Made by a program: the position numbers and the translations under genes. DNA of 21,476 nucleotides, from IMG/VR virus record IMGVR_UViG_2526164632_000013; one strand, given 5' to 3'. The notes beneath the pieces are model-generated. The model searched no databases. It was not told the DNA's origin and worked only from the letters and a program-made list of their open reading frames with translations. The DNA comes from a virus (lineage: Duplodnaviria; Heunggongvirae; Uroviricota; Caudoviricetes). Every line of letters starts with the position of its first letter. Within the stretch, counting starts at the first letter, position 1. Of the stretch, positions 1-8,515 are shown in pieces.

Positions 1-1
1 G

Positions 2-340
2 CCCACCGACATCACCACGGAAGCCCTGCAGCGTATCGGTGAACTGTATGCCATAGAGGCAGAAGTCCGGGGATGTACAGCAGAACAGCGTCTGGCGGCA
101 AGAAAAGCCAGAGCTGCGCCACTGATGCAGTCACTGTATGACTGGATACAGACTCAGATGAAAACACTGTCGCGTCACTCGGATACGGCAAAAGCGTTCG
201 CATACCTGCCGAAACAGTGGGATGGCCTGAACGTGTACTGCAGTAATGGCTGGGTGGAAATCGACAACAACATCGCAGAGAACGCCTTACGGGGAGTGGC
301 CGTAGGCCGGAAAAACTGGCTGTTCGCGGGTTCCGAGTAA
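2..340 (+). pseudogene. IS66-family transposase (orfC/TnpC) C-terminal fragment; 5' end outside window, 3' end cut by the adjacent IS
   Basis: Frame opening at base 2 (no stop until 338-340) reads ...[17 protein letters not shown]...[16 protein letters not shown]...[25 protein letters not shown]. It shares blocks ([38 protein letters not shown]) with the C-terminal part of the intact 512-aa TnpC at 1214-2752 but stops about 50 codons early, at the GTAAGCG terminus of the next IS. Confidence 0.75.
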
Positions 341-365
341 GCGTCGTCTCAGCACCGTCTGGCAG
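337..365. repeat. IS66-family left terminal inverted repeat (imperfect)
   Basis: GTAAGCGT... matches the reverse complement of 2761-2789 over the first 8 nt, with further matching blocks (CAGCA, CCGT) when gapped; alignment done by eye. Confidence 0.5.
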
Positions 366-479
366 ATCCTGAAATTCCTGAGAGAATAGTGGACACCAAA
401 TATGGTGGACGCTATCCATGAAATCATTAACCGCAGTGCGTAAAAAAGCCCTAATTATCCCGTTGAGTTCAAAATCAAA

Positions 480-821
480 ATGGTTGAACTCTCGCATCGA
501 CCAGAGATCTCCGTAGCGCAACTCGCTCGTGAGCATGGGATCAACGATAATTTGCTGTTCAAGTGGCGCCAGTACTGGCGCGAAGGAAAACTACGTCCTC
601 CTTCAACAACAGAAAACAACGTGCCTGAGCTGCTCCCGATAACACTTGATGCCGAAGATGTTGTCCCTACAACCTCCCCCCGGTCACAACCTGTAGCTGC
701 TGCGACACCTGAATCACTCAATATCAGCTGTGAAGTGACGTTCCGGCACGGATCACTCCGTCTGAATGGTGCCATCAGCGAAAATATCCTGAACCTGCTG
801 ATACGGGAGCTCAAACGTTGA
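480..821 (+). CDS. IS66-family accessory protein orfA (TnpA)
   Basis: 113-aa ORF, first gene of the IS; MVELSHRPEISVAQLAREHGI... looks like a helix-turn-helix N-terminus. An in-frame stop at 441-443 means no longer N-terminus is available. Confidence 0.75.
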   Translation: MVELSHRPEISVAQLAREHGINDNLLFKWRQYWREGKLRPPSTTENNVPELLPITLDAEDVVPTTSPRSQPVAAATPESLNISCEVTFRHGSLRLNGAISENILNLLIRELKR

Positions 822-1165
822 TCCCATTACCATCAGGGACAAAGATCTGGCTGGTCGCTGGCATCACCGATATGAGAAACGGCTTCAACGGCCTGGCGGC
901 AAAGGTGCAGACGACGCTGAAAGACGATCCGATGTCAGGTCACGTTTTTATCTTCCGTGGGCGTAATGGCAGTCAGGTAAAGCTCCTCTGGTCTACCGGC
1001 GATGGACTGTGTCTGCTGACCAAACGGCTGGAGCGCGGCCGCTTCGCCTGGCCGTCAGCCCGGGATGGCAAAGTGTTCCTCACACCGGCACAGCTGGCGA
1101 TGCTGCTGGAAGGTATCGACTGGCGGCAGCCTAAAAGACTGCTTACGTCCCTGACTATGTTGTAA
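818..1165 (+). CDS. IS66-family orfB (TnpB)
   Basis: 115-aa ORF with a TTG start overlapping the orfA stop (TTGA), suggesting translational coupling; N-terminus IPLPSGTKIWLVAGITDMR as in IS66 orfB proteins. Confidence 0.8.
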   Translation: MIPLPSGTKIWLVAGITDMRNGFNGLAAKVQTTLKDDPMSGHVFIFRGRNGSQVKLLWSTGDGLCLLTKRLERGRFAWPSARDGKVFLTPAQLAMLLEGIDWRQPKRLLTSLTML

Positions 1166-1213
1166 GCCTCTTTATCCTGGTCGACGCTGAATGAGCCTGG
1201 TAATATACCCGGT

Positions 1214-2752
1214 ATGAGCAGCTCACTTCCTGACGATATCAATGCACTGAAACGTCTCCTTGCCGAACAGGAGGCGCTGAACCGTGCCCTGCTGGAAAAG
1301 CTGAACGAGCGTGAACGCGAAATAGACCATCTGCAGGCACAGCTGGATAAGCTGCGCCGGATGAACTTCGGCAGCCGCTCCGAAAAAGTCTCCCGTCGTA
1401 TCGCACAGATGGAAGCTGACCTGAAGGCACTTCAGAAAGAAAGTGATACCCTTACCGGTCGGGTTGACGACCCGGCCGTGCAGCGCCCGCTGCGTCAAAC
1501 CCGCACCCGCAAACCGTTCCCCGAATCACTCCCCCGCGATGAAAAACGGCTGCTGCCGGCAGCATCATGCTGCCCGGAATGTGGAGGCTCACTGAGCTAT
1601 CTGGGTGAGGATGCCGCCGAACAGCTGGAGTTGATGCGCAGCGCCTTCCGGGTTATCCGGACTGTACGTGAAAAGCATGCCTGTACTCAGTGCGATGCCA
1701 TCGTGCAGGCCCCCGCGCCTTCACGGCCCATCGAGCGGGGTATCGCAGGACCGGGGCTGCTGGCCCGCGTGCTGATCTCAAAGTATGCAGAGCACACCCC
1801 GCTGTACCGCCAGTCTGAAATGTACGGCCGCCAGGGCGTGGAGCTGAGTCGTTCACTGCTGTCGGGCTGGGTGGATGCATGCTGCCGGCTACTGTCACCG
1901 CTGGAAGAAGCGCTTCAGGACTATGTGCTGACTGACGGTAAGCTCCATGCTGATGACACGCCTGTCCCGGTGCTGTTGCCAGGCAATAAGAAAACGAAGA
2001 CCGGGCGGTTATGGACCTACGTTCGTGACGACCGTAACGCCGGGTCAACGCTGGCGCCGGCGGTGTTGTTCGCTTACAGCCCGGACAGAAAAGGCATCCA
2101 TCCGCAGACCCATCTTGCGGGGTTCAGTGGTGTACTGCAGGCGGATGCATACGCCGGGTTCAACGAGCTGTACCGGGATGGCCGGATAACGGAAGCCGCC
2201 TGTTGGGCTCACGCCCGCCGTAAAATCCACGATGTGCACGTTCGCACCCCGTCAGCCCTGACGGAGGAAGCGCTGAAACGGATCGGCGAACTGTACGCCA
2301 TCGAGGCAGAGATAAGGGGAATGACGGCGGAGCAGCGCCTTGCCGAACGTCAGTTGAAAACGAAACCGCTGCTGAAATCCCTGGAAAGCTGGCTGCGTGA
2401 AAAGATGAAAACCCTGTCGCGACACTCAGAACTGGCGAAAGCGTTCGCATACGCCCTGAACCAGTGGCCGGCGCTGACGTACTATGCAGATGATGGCTGG
2501 GCTGAGGCGGACAATAACATCGCTGAAAATGCGTTGCGGATGGTCAGTCTGGGCCGCAAAAACTACCTGTTCTTCGGTTCGGATCATGGAGGAGAGCGGG
2601 GAGCGCTGCTGTACAGCCTGATCGGGACGTGCAAACTGAACGGAGTGGAGCCAGAAAGCTACCTCCGCTATGTCCTTGACGTCATAGCCGACTGGCCGAT
2701 AAACCGGGTCGGCGAACTGCTCCCCTGGCGCGTAGCACTGCCGACTGAATAA
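1214..2752 (+). CDS. IS66-family transposase orfC (TnpC)
   Basis: 512-aa ORF with N-terminal coiled-coil/leucine-rich region, CPECGG...C..C zinc-finger-like motif, and a long catalytic region; homologous to the fragment at 2-340. Confidence 0.9.
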   Translation: MSSSLPDDINALKRLLAEQEALNRALLEKLNEREREIDHLQAQLDKLRRMNFGSRSEKVSRRIAQMEADLKALQKESDTLTGRVDDPAVQRPLRQTRTRKPFPESLPRDEKRLLPAASCCPECGGSLSYLGEDAAEQLELMRSAFRVIRTVREKHACTQCDAIVQAPAPSRPIERGIAGPGLLARVLISKYAEHTPLYRQSEMYGRQGVELSRSLLSGWVDACCRLLSPLEEALQDYVLTDGKLHADDTPVPVLLPGNKKTKTGRLWTYVRDDRNAGSTLAPAVLFAYSPDRKGIHPQTHLAGFSGVLQADAYAGFNELYRDGRITEAACWAHARRKIHDVHVRTPSALTEEALKRIGELYAIEAEIRGMTAEQRLAERQLKTKPLLKSLESWLREKMKTLSRHSELAKAFAYALNQWPALTYYADDGWAEADNNIAENALRMVSLGRKNYLFFGSDHGGERGALLYSLIGTCKLNGVEPESYLRYVLDVIADWPINRVGELLPWRVALPTE

Positions 2753-2760
2753 CACATCCC

Positions 2761-2789
2761 CGTCAATACGGTTCTTGCTGCACGCTTAC
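2761..2789. repeat. IS66-family right terminal inverted repeat (imperfect)
   Basis: ...CTGCACGCTTAC ends at 2789; its reverse complement GTAAGCGTGCAG... pairs with 337-365. Confidence 0.5.
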
Positions 2790-3300
2790 GGTAATCCGAA
2801 GAAGAAAATACAGTGATCGACGGCCAGCCAATCTTCAGGAAGGAGCCGTCAAGAAACATTTTATCGTGGACGTTGTTGTCATTACGGGAAGGACTGAGGC
2901 GCTTGCTGACCTCCGGACTGTGGCGAAACGTTCTGGAAAGACGCGTTCTGGAATGCTCACGCGCCTTCGTCTCAGTCATCTGCACCACCAGCATATCCGC
3001 CGGATCACAGATGATGCCGTACACAATCCAGCCATCAATCAGCCCTTCGGTTTTCCCGGTTCGCGCAGGTCCCACAAACACCACCGCGTCATATTCACGG
3101 GCTGATAATGTATTAATGGGGTCAATCATATAGGGCGTCAACGATGACTCCCACGGACCGGAAGTATTGGCTCCCCGTGGTACCCGCATATAACGCCTGA
3201 TGGCTTCCGCTACTGGTAACCGGCTGGGTGGGCGAAACAGCGAGGCCACTTCGCGCCAGATATCGGATGCGCGGCTATGGCTCTCGTTCACCTGATTCAC
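2790..3300 (-). pseudogene. Terminase large subunit (lambda gpA-like), N-terminal about 170 codons only; truncated by the IS66-family element
   Basis: GTG start at 3300 overlaps the small-terminase stop (GTGA). N-terminus MNQVNESHSRASDIWREVASLFRPPSRLP... and the ATPase-like VFVGPARTGKTE block resemble lambda gpA as recalled. The frame then runs into IS sequence at 2789 and stops at 2668. Confidence 0.75.
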
Positions 3301-3773
3301 ATATCGGCCTCATCACAACAGTCAATGACTGCCTTTTCCAGTGTATCGCGGATCTCATCAACCACAATCTGTACTTCATTCAGTTGTGATGCGGTCCACC
3401 CCCTGTCCCTCTCCAGCCGGTCAGGCCAGGTTTCCAGTACCTGAACTATCGCTTTCACCACGACAGAAAAGGACCGCCTGACATCACTGACTGGCACAAG
3501 CTGAACAGTTTCATGCTGAAATTTAAGACGCTCGCGCTCGGACTGATACCATGCCTTCCGATCATGTGGGTTCATCTCTTCATCTTCGGAAGCCGGTGGT
3601 TTTTCCAGCAACGAAATAATCAAATCCGTCAGGAGATACATTTTTTTCTTTTCATTACTGCCTGGTGCAAGAGGAACATCCGCCATTCTGGCGGCAACAG
3701 TCTGCCGGTGCAGACCTGAAAGGGCTGCCAGTTGATTAATATTTAACTTCATATTTTTCAGCTCGCCGTCCAT
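3297..3773 (-). CDS. Terminase small subunit (Nu1/NohA-like)
   Basis: 158 aa; N-terminal HTH-like KLNINQLAALSGLHRQTVAARMADVPLAP; GGAGGG Shine-Dalgarno 6 nt upstream of the ATG at 3773; lies about 200 nt downstream of the cos-like sequence and overlaps the large-subunit start. Confidence 0.75.
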   Translation of the reverse strand: MDGELKNMKLNINQLAALSGLHRQTVAARMADVPLAPGSNEKKKMYLLTDLIISLLEKPPASEDEEMNPHDRKAWYQSERERLKFQHETVQLVPVSDVRRSFSVVVKAIVQVLETWPDRLERDRGWTASQLNEVQIVVDEIRDTLEKAVIDCCDEADM

Positions 3774-3879
3774 TCACATCCCTCCACATAAACCGCTGAA
3801 CAAAAGTGGCTCTTTTTTTGTAAAGAAATGCCGCCATATAAAGATGTCGAACAAAAATCAACCACAATCATCATCTTTT

Positions 3880-3985
3880 TAATGTTAAACACATTAAAAA
3901 CAACAAGTTATGCTAATGATGATGATGACGATAAAATCACAAAAATGCGCCTTTTTCCGCGCCGTCCGCCCCGTGTTCAGGCCCA
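3880..3985. other. cos (cohesive-end) region, lambda-like cosN/cosB
   Basis: Read on the minus strand, ACGGGGCGGACGGCGCGG (about 3957-3975) resembles lambda cosN ACGGGGCGGCGACCTCGCGG, and CATAACTTGTTGTTTTTAATG resembles lambda CATAACTTAATGTTTTTATTT, at the lambda-like distance upstream of the small-terminase start. Lambda sequence is from memory. Confidence 0.45.
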
Positions 3986-4225
3986 CCCCACCAGGAGGAC
4001 CCGCAAAAATGATAATGGTTATCATTTTCAATGTAGTCCGGTTTCTTCCACCATCGCACCGGACAGGCGACTATGAGGGGACAACGCCGCGCTCCGTTAA
4101 CGCGGTAAACCCCGGTGTGTATCGTTTTTGATTATCCCCGCACACTCGCGCAGAGGAGTCTCCCTGTCGGGCTGCGGTCTCTGTTAATGAGGGAATACAG
4201 CGACGATACGGCGCATCAACAAAAC

Positions 4226-4693
4226 TTATTTCAGGCACTGAGTACGGATATATTCCTGCGCCCCTTCCAGTTGCTTGTGCATCGTCATCAGCCGCTCTCT
4301 GAGGGTGAAATAATCCCGTTCAGCGGTGTCTGCCAGTCGGGGGCCGGTTGCATTATCCACGCGGGCGGTGCCGGTGGCTTCACGCACGGGACCTGGACAG
4401 GTGGCGTTGATACGCAGGCGCTTACGACCAGCGGCAACGTCAGCGCGAAGAGTTTCATTTTCAGCTCTCGCATCGGCTAATTCCCTCGAGTATTTTGCAT
4501 CGAGCGCAGCAACATCACGCTGACGCATCTGCATGTCAGTAATTGCCGCGTTCGCCAGCTTCAGTTCTCTGACATTTTTGTCGCGCTGGGCTTTGTAGGT
4601 AATGGCGTTATCACGGTAATGATTCAGCCCCAGACTAAGCGCACCACAGGCCACCAGCATGACAATAATCACCACACACAGAACACGGTTCAT
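4226..4693 (-). CDS. Rz: Rz i-spanin
   Basis: From the internal ATG at 4693: [40 protein letters not shown]...[16 protein letters not shown]..., close to lambda Rz as recalled. The track ORF extends further 5' (to 4777), but that extension overlaps the upstream small ORF. Confidence 0.9.
   Translation of the reverse strand: MNRVLCVVIIVMLVACGALSLGLNHYRDNAITYKAQRDKNVRELKLANAAITDMQMRQRDVAALDAKYSRELADARAENETLRADVAAGRKRLRINATCPGPVREATGTARVDNATGPRLADTAERDYFTLRERLMTMHKQLEGAQEYIRTQCLK
4288..4473 (-). CDS. Rz1: Rz1 o-spanin lipoprotein, embedded in Rz in another frame
   Basis: 61 aa, [20 protein letters not shown] (lipobox LVVSAC) followed by a proline-rich segment ...[32 protein letters not shown], close to lambda Rz1 as recalled; lies entirely inside Rz. 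Confidence 0.85.
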   Translation of the reverse strand: MRELKMKLFALTLPLVVSACVSTPPVQVPCVKPPAPPAWIMQPAPDWQTPLNGIISPSESG

Positions 4694-4694
4694 A

Positions 4695-4781
4695 TCACCA
4701 CCAACGGATTGCCCAGACCAGAACAGCAATGGCCACAATACGAATGGCAAATGCCATTGCCCGAATAAGTTCAGCACTCAT
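4695..4781 (-). CDS. Tiny hydrophobic ORF D (28 aa), hypothetical
   Basis: [28 protein letters not shown]; its stop TGA is 1 nt before the Rz ATG (TGATATG). Not in the ORF track (under 60 aa). Confidence 0.25.
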   Translation of the reverse strand: MSAELIRAMAFAIRIVAIAVLVWAIRWW

Positions 4782-4792
4782 CTTTTTAAAGT

Positions 4793-4915
4793 TCACGATT
4801 TCAGCGCAATGACCAGTTTTGCCAGCCCATATAGCATCGGAGACACAGCAATACCAACAGCCACCCACTTAATAGCAAAAGCCAGCGCTCTGCTGATGTC
4901 ATCAGTCACTGTCAC
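4793..4915 (-). CDS. Tiny hydrophobic ORF C (40 aa from a GTG start), hypothetical
   Basis: (M)TVTDDISRALAFAIKWVAVGIAVSPMLYGLAKLVIALKS; the GTG start overlaps the stop of ORF B (GTGA). It is the 3' part of track ORF 4793-5065. Confidence 0.25.
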   Translation of the reverse strand: MTVTDDISRALAFAIKWVAVGIAVSPMLYGLAKLVIALKS

Positions 4916-5043
4916 CCCAGCAGCCCCGACGAAGACAACATCACCCAGGCGAGGGACAGAAAAAGAGCAACCAGCATTAGTGAAAATGAAATACCGACAA
5001 TCACACACAGGACCTTTGCCGGCGTTATGAGTTTGTCTGACAT
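4912..5043 (-). CDS. Tiny hydrophobic ORF B (43 aa), hypothetical single-TM peptide
   Basis: MSDKLITPAKVLCVIVGISFSLMLVALFLSLAWVMLSSSGLLG; AAGGGG Shine-Dalgarno 5 nt upstream of the ATG; start is 2 nt after the stop of ORF A. Confidence 0.3.
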   Translation of the reverse strand: MSDKLITPAKVLCVIVGISFSLMLVALFLSLAWVMLSSSGLLG

Positions 5044-5045
5044 AG

Positions 5046-5141
5046 CTACCCCTTAATTGCCACAATTAACTGGGATACTACCCATAAAAAAGGGATGCTC
5101 CAGACCAGCAAAAATTTCCAGTTTGGTAATTGACTAATCAT
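5046..5141 (-). CDS. Tiny hydrophobic ORF A (31 aa), hypothetical
   Basis: MISQLPNWKFLLVWSIPFLWVVSQLIVAIKG; GGGAG 9 nt upstream of the ATG; 3' part of track ORF 5046-5258, whose 5' part spans a terminator hairpin. Confidence 0.25.
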   Translation of the reverse strand: MISQLPNWKFLLVWSIPFLWVVSQLIVAIKG

Positions 5142-5206
5142 GAGTCGCAACTCCCTAATCAGTTTGCTAAAATCAATCAAGGCAGCCTCCCATAGCTTAC
5201 TGCCAT

Positions 5207-5250
5207 AAAAACAAAACCCCGCTTGCTGCCAACAAACGGGGTTTTTACTT
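5207..5250. terminator. Bidirectional rho-independent-like hairpin downstream of the endolysin gene
   Basis: AAAACCCCG (5213-5221) pairs with CGGGGTTTT (5237-5245) around a 15-nt loop, with a T-run after the stem on the plus strand and an A-run before it (a T-run on the minus strand). Confidence 0.5.
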
Positions 5251-5335
5251 TTATTCACTTACGTTTCGCCAGTTCGCAGGATTTCGTGTTATCCGCCCGC
5301 GTGGCCATGCCTTATTTTTCAGCAAAATATTCTGC

Positions 5336-5869
5336 TTATCTGTCGATACCCCAGCACGCCAGCGCGCTCTCCTGGTCACGACGGGATACCTGACCGTAGC
5401 AGTTGTTTGAACGAATACGGCAGTCTCTGCCACCGTCCTTAATCCACCAGCGAATCGCCTCACACGCTCCCCTGCGATCACCTGCATTAATTCGTTTATA
5501 AAACGTCGACGGGAAACACTTACCGGGACCAATGTTGTACGGACAGAATGACGCGATCCCCGCTTTCTGGGGTTCGCTCAATGCCACTTTGATGTTTTTC
5601 TCCACCCATGCCAGCGCCTTATCACGCTCAATGGCGTTGACCTGGTCGCATTTTTCCTTCGACAGTTTCATACCGGGAAAAACGGGTTTTCCATCCACCA
5701 TCGTGGCCCCCCGACAGATGGTCCAGATGCCGGAACCATCGCGGTATGCCGTAGTGTGGTTACCCTCTTTTTCATCCAGAAACTGGTCGAGAATATCAGG
5801 CGCGGGCGCACCGACGGCAATCAGTGCCAGAACGGCAGCCGACAGGCCGTATCTGATTTTTGCGTTCAT
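5336..5869 (-). CDS. R: SAR endolysin (lysozyme, phage 21 R-like)
   Basis: 177 aa; N-terminal weakly hydrophobic Gly/Ala-rich segment YGLSAAVLALIAVGAPAP typical of signal-arrest-release endolysins; lysozyme-like core; sits downstream of a pinholin. Confidence 0.85.
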   Translation of the reverse strand: MNAKIRYGLSAAVLALIAVGAPAPDILDQFLDEKEGNHTTAYRDGSGIWTICRGATMVDGKPVFPGMKLSKEKCDQVNAIERDKALAWVEKNIKVALSEPQKAGIASFCPYNIGPGKCFPSTFYKRINAGDRRGACEAIRWWIKDGGRDCRIRSNNCYGQVSRRDQESALACWGIDR

Positions 5870-5932
5870 GGATATTTATCAGGATTTATCGGTTTCTGCC
5901 CACGGACAGGTTTATCTGTTCTGGTCAGTGAC

Positions 5933-6283
5933 TTAAGGTTGTGATTCCGGAGGAGTCTTCAGAGAACCAGTAATTCTTCCTGGTAGCTTTCCTTTGTAGG
6001 TTATCCACACATTCTGCGCCTCTAAAATTACGGGGCACTTTTCCGGCGACTGCTCATCCCCTTCACATAACCCGGCAGCAACATCCAGGAAGACCTGTCT
6101 GATGCTCCTTCTGGCTGCTGCCTCATAAAACTCCAGCGCGGCACCTTCAACACGGTCCAGCGAGATGTCCAGGTCAAAAATTTCACCGTCAAAGCGTTTT
6201 TTGTCCCGTAACGCTAAAGTTACCGTAACTTTATTCTCAAAATTGCGGATCCCTTTCACAATCAGTTCATAGTTTTGAGTCAT
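5933..6283 (-). CDS. Hypothetical protein between holin and endolysin (the position ydfR occupies in K-12 Qin)
   Basis: 116 aa; GGGGAGAG Shine-Dalgarno 7 nt upstream of the ATG; starts 4 nt after the holin stop. Family not recognised from sequence alone. Confidence 0.65.
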   Translation of the reverse strand: MTQNYELIVKGIRNFENKVTVTLALRDKKRFDGEIFDLDISLDRVEGAALEFYEAAARRSIRQVFLDVAAGLCEGDEQSPEKCPVILEAQNVWITYKGKLPGRITGSLKTPPESQP

Positions 6284-6287
6284 TGAA

Positions 6288-6503
6288 TTACTCTCCCCGT
6301 GCCGCCTTACGACGGTCCTCTCTGATTTTGAAATACAGGTTAGTCAGATATGTCAGCAGCCCAAACAGCAGACTCCCCAGCACGCCTATTGCCGCCCACT
6401 GAGACGGGGAAACCCTGTCCAGCAACTGCAGGAACCAGTAGCCCGTTCCCACCGCTGACGTGGTGTATGACACACCTGTTGTGATTTTTTCCATCTGGTA
6501 CAT
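6288..6503 (-). CDS. S: Pinholin (S21-like class II holin) with dual-start motif
   Basis: 71 aa [71 protein letters not shown], near-identical over the TM and C-terminal regions to phage 21 S as recalled. Met1 and Met4 give the antiholin/holin dual start. The track's longer ORF (to 6608) spans a terminator and is rejected. Confidence 0.9.
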   Translation of the reverse strand: MYQMEKITTGVSYTTSAVGTGYWFLQLLDRVSPSQWAAIGVLGSLLFGLLTYLTNLYFKIREDRRKAARGE

Positions 6504-6536
6504 ACCCCGTCTCCCGTTATCCGGAAGCTGACAACA

Positions 6537-6568
6537 ATAAAAAAGCCACCAGTTAAGTACTGATGGCT
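6537..6568 (-). terminator. Rho-independent terminator between the esterase gene and the lysis cassette
   Basis: Minus-strand GCCATCAG-tacttaa-CTGGTGGC (8-bp stem) followed by TTTTTTATT. Confidence 0.55.
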
Positions 6569-6652
6569 CTGATAACTCATGCAGGCGTCTCAGACGACCC
6601 ACTGACACTACCGGTGAGTTTAACGATACCTTCCATTTGACTGGCTCACTTT

Positions 6653-8515
6653 TTATGATGATGCCGGTGCATTTATCTCCAGCACCAGACTTTCTATCTC
6701 AACGCCATACGTTGCATTTTTGGTAATATCCGTCAGCGTCAGTGCATTTAGTCCCACTGTCAGACTGTCTTTTATGACCTGGAATGCCGGGCCAGCCACT
6801 CCATTCAGTTTCGGAGTAACCGTGGCACTGCCGGCGGTGAACACCAGCTCCAGCGTCTGCCAGTCGTTACTGTAATTCCCGAACTCGCCCAACTTTGTGT
6901 TTCCTGCTTTCTTGTGATGCATCAGATTCAGTTTGCCGTCTGTGGTCTGGGTGAAGAACGACATCAGGAACGGGTTACCAGTCCCGGTCATCGCCACGAC
7001 GTCAGGTAACGCTACATCGGTATACAGATAAATTCCCAGACCGAACTGGTTGTTGGTCAGTGCGCCTGACAGGCGAAACTTACAGCTCAGTCTGCCACCC
7101 CGTGTCAGCAGGGAGACTGCGTCATCCACCGGGCGCGTCAGGGACCAGGCTTTATTGCTCTGCTTGGTGATCTTAAATACACCATCTGACAACTGAATTC
7201 CGCCATTCTTAATGCTCCAGCCCTGCGCAGCAGCGTCTCCGGCTGTCGGCAACAGGGAGATTGTGCGTATGGATGCATCTTCAGACGGCCCCGATGGCGT
7301 GTCGCCGCCGGGCGAGGGTTTGATTTCCGGTGCCTTACCACTAATGAAGGCTGAGGTGCGCCCGGCTGCGTTCAGAATAGCGGTTGCCATACGATCGGGA
7401 ATAATGCCACGACGCGCCCATGAGCTGAAATGCGTCGGGCGATTTGATGATACCCAGTTTTTGTTCGTTCGGGATGCCGAACCGTAATAACCAGACCCGA
7501 CAATATCAGGATCTTCTGACGGGTTGTTTGTCGGTGTATTAACTCCGCTACCATCGGTCATAAAGGGAACAAAATAAATCTGCTGGGATTCTTTACCTTT
7601 ATATGCACCATATACCACTTCATATTGCGTACCGTGTTCTTGTTTCCACGCGTATGTCGTGTCGCCACAAATCCAGGGGACTGATGCCGGACTTCCACCG
7701 TGACACTGCGCCGCCAGCCCGGCAAGGTCAGCACGGAACTGCTGTACCATTGCAAGAAATGCTGCTGGCTGCTGGGCGTAACTGGCATTCGTCATATCGA
7801 ATTCCCCCTGCATCCAGCATATCGCCAGCAAAACGTTTTTCGGGTTTTTCTGCAATGCTGCCTTCGTGCGGAAAAGCAGATCCTGATATAACGGCTTACC
7901 CACTCCCCAGCGAGCCGAATCCTGACTGGCCCCCGTGGACTCGCTGAATGTCCCCTCCGTGCCCTGGGTGAATGCCGAACCACCACGACAGCATGGTACC
8001 AGCAGGATCCCCGCATTATTAGGGATATACGGAAGCAGTTTTTTGGCAATATGTAAGCCCTGTCCGACACAGCCGTACTGCCCTTTGCTCAGGTCAGCCC
8101 GGGGATGATTAATCGTACTCATATCCTGAACATCATGCAGACAATGGTCAGCAGGAATGATGTCGTTAAATACGCATACTTCACCACCGGGAGTCACTGT
8201 GTTACGACGGGCCAGTTGCTTAATGCGCGGATGGGGCGCATCGTATGAATCCGGAAGCGGAAGCCCTTCACCGTAAGCCATGGCATTAGACTGCCCGGCC
8301 AGTACGATGACGTAGTACCACTCCGGCTCAGTTGCACCACTGACGACCACATCACCTTCTGCGACAATCGCCTGAATAAGTGCTGCGCCATCATCCGTAT
8401 ACGAAGAAAACGGCCCGCCGTATGGTTGCCATCCTTCACGAATTTTTTGAGCAAGTGCATCAGCAAGGTCTGACGGCGATACCGCCCTGACAACATCATA
8501 GTGTTTAAATGCCAT
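6653..8515 (-). CDS. nanS: Prophage sialate O-acetylesterase (NanS-p-like)
   Basis: 620 aa; [24 protein letters not shown]-type esterase motif; GGGAGGA Shine-Dalgarno 3 nt upstream of the ATG; located between the tRNA cluster and the lysis genes, where NanS-p genes sit in Stx-type prophages. Confidence 0.8.
   Translation of the reverse strand: MAFKHYDVVRAVSPSDLADALAQKIREGWQPYGGPFSSYTDDGAALIQAIVAEGDVVVSGATEPEWYYVIVLAGQSNAMAYGEGLPLPDSYDAPHPRIKQLARRNTVTPGGEVCVFNDIIPADHCLHDVQDMSTINHPRADLSKGQYGCVGQGLHIAKKLLPYIPNNAGILLVPCCRGGSAFTQGTEGTFSESTGASQDSARWGVGKPLYQDLLFRTKAALQKNPKNVLLAICWMQGEFDMTNASYAQQPAAFLAMVQQFRADLAGLAAQCHGGSPASVPWICGDTTYAWKQEHGTQYEVVYGAYKGKESQQIYFVPFMTDGSGVNTPTNNPSEDPDIVGSGYYGSASRTNKNWVSSNRPTHFSSWARRGIIPDRMATAILNAAGRTSAFISGKAPEIKPSPGGDTPSGPSEDASIRTISLLPTAGDAAAQGWSIKNGGIQLSDGVFKITKQSNKAWSLTRPVDDAVSLLTRGGRLSCKFRLSGALTNNQFGLGIYLYTDVALPDVVAMTGTGNPFLMSFFTQTTDGKLNLMHHKKAGNTKLGEFGNYSNDWQTLELVFTAGSATVTPKLNGVAGPAFQVIKDSLTVGLNALTLTDITKNATYGVEIESLVLEINAPASS

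Larger units (their letters stand above)
337..2789 (+). mobile_element. IS66-family insertion sequence (orfA-orfB-orfC), about 2.45 kb
   Basis: Three co-directional ORFs of 113, 115 and 512 aa in the order typical of the IS66 family. The ends are 5'-GTAAGCGTCGTCTCAGCACCGTCTGG (337-) and, in reverse complement at 2789, GTAAGCGTGCAGCAAGAACCGTATTG, an imperfect inverted pair starting GTAA. No 8-bp direct repeat flanks it. Confidence 0.8.

Noticed and set aside
12-536. Minus-strand 174-aa ORF antisense to the IS66 transposase fragment and IS left end
   Set aside because: Overlaps the clearly homologous plus-strand tnpC fragment and crosses the IS terminus; no recognisable protein features.
2866-3105. 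Plus-strand 79-aa and 106-aa ORFs inside the terminase large-subunit remnant
   Set aside because: Antisense to a frame with clear terminase N-terminal homology; basic, low-complexity translations.
3918-3935. GATGATGATGACGATAAA, which would encode DDDDDK (enterokinase/FLAG-like) and could suggest an engineered tag
   Set aside because: Lies in non-coding cos DNA, is the reverse complement of a natural CATCATC run, and aligns with the homologous A/T-rich part of lambda cos; no flanking vector-like sequence.
3774-4225. A bor-like lipoprotein gene on the plus strand between Rz and cos, as in lambda
   Set aside because: The plus-strand frames here (82, 73 and 121 aa) have no signal peptide or lipobox and are compositionally implausible; the interval is better explained as cos and packaging DNA.
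5142-5258. 5' part of track ORF 5046-5258 (70 aa)
   Set aside because: Its first 39 codons span the bidirectional terminator hairpin; only the 31-codon 3' part (ORF A) is kept, as a low-confidence small ORF.
6504-6608. N-terminal extension of the holin ORF to 6608 (track 106-aa frame)
   Set aside because: The extension runs through a rho-independent terminator hairpin and T-run (6537-6568); the Shine-Dalgarno-preceded MYQM dual start at 6503 matches S21-type holins.
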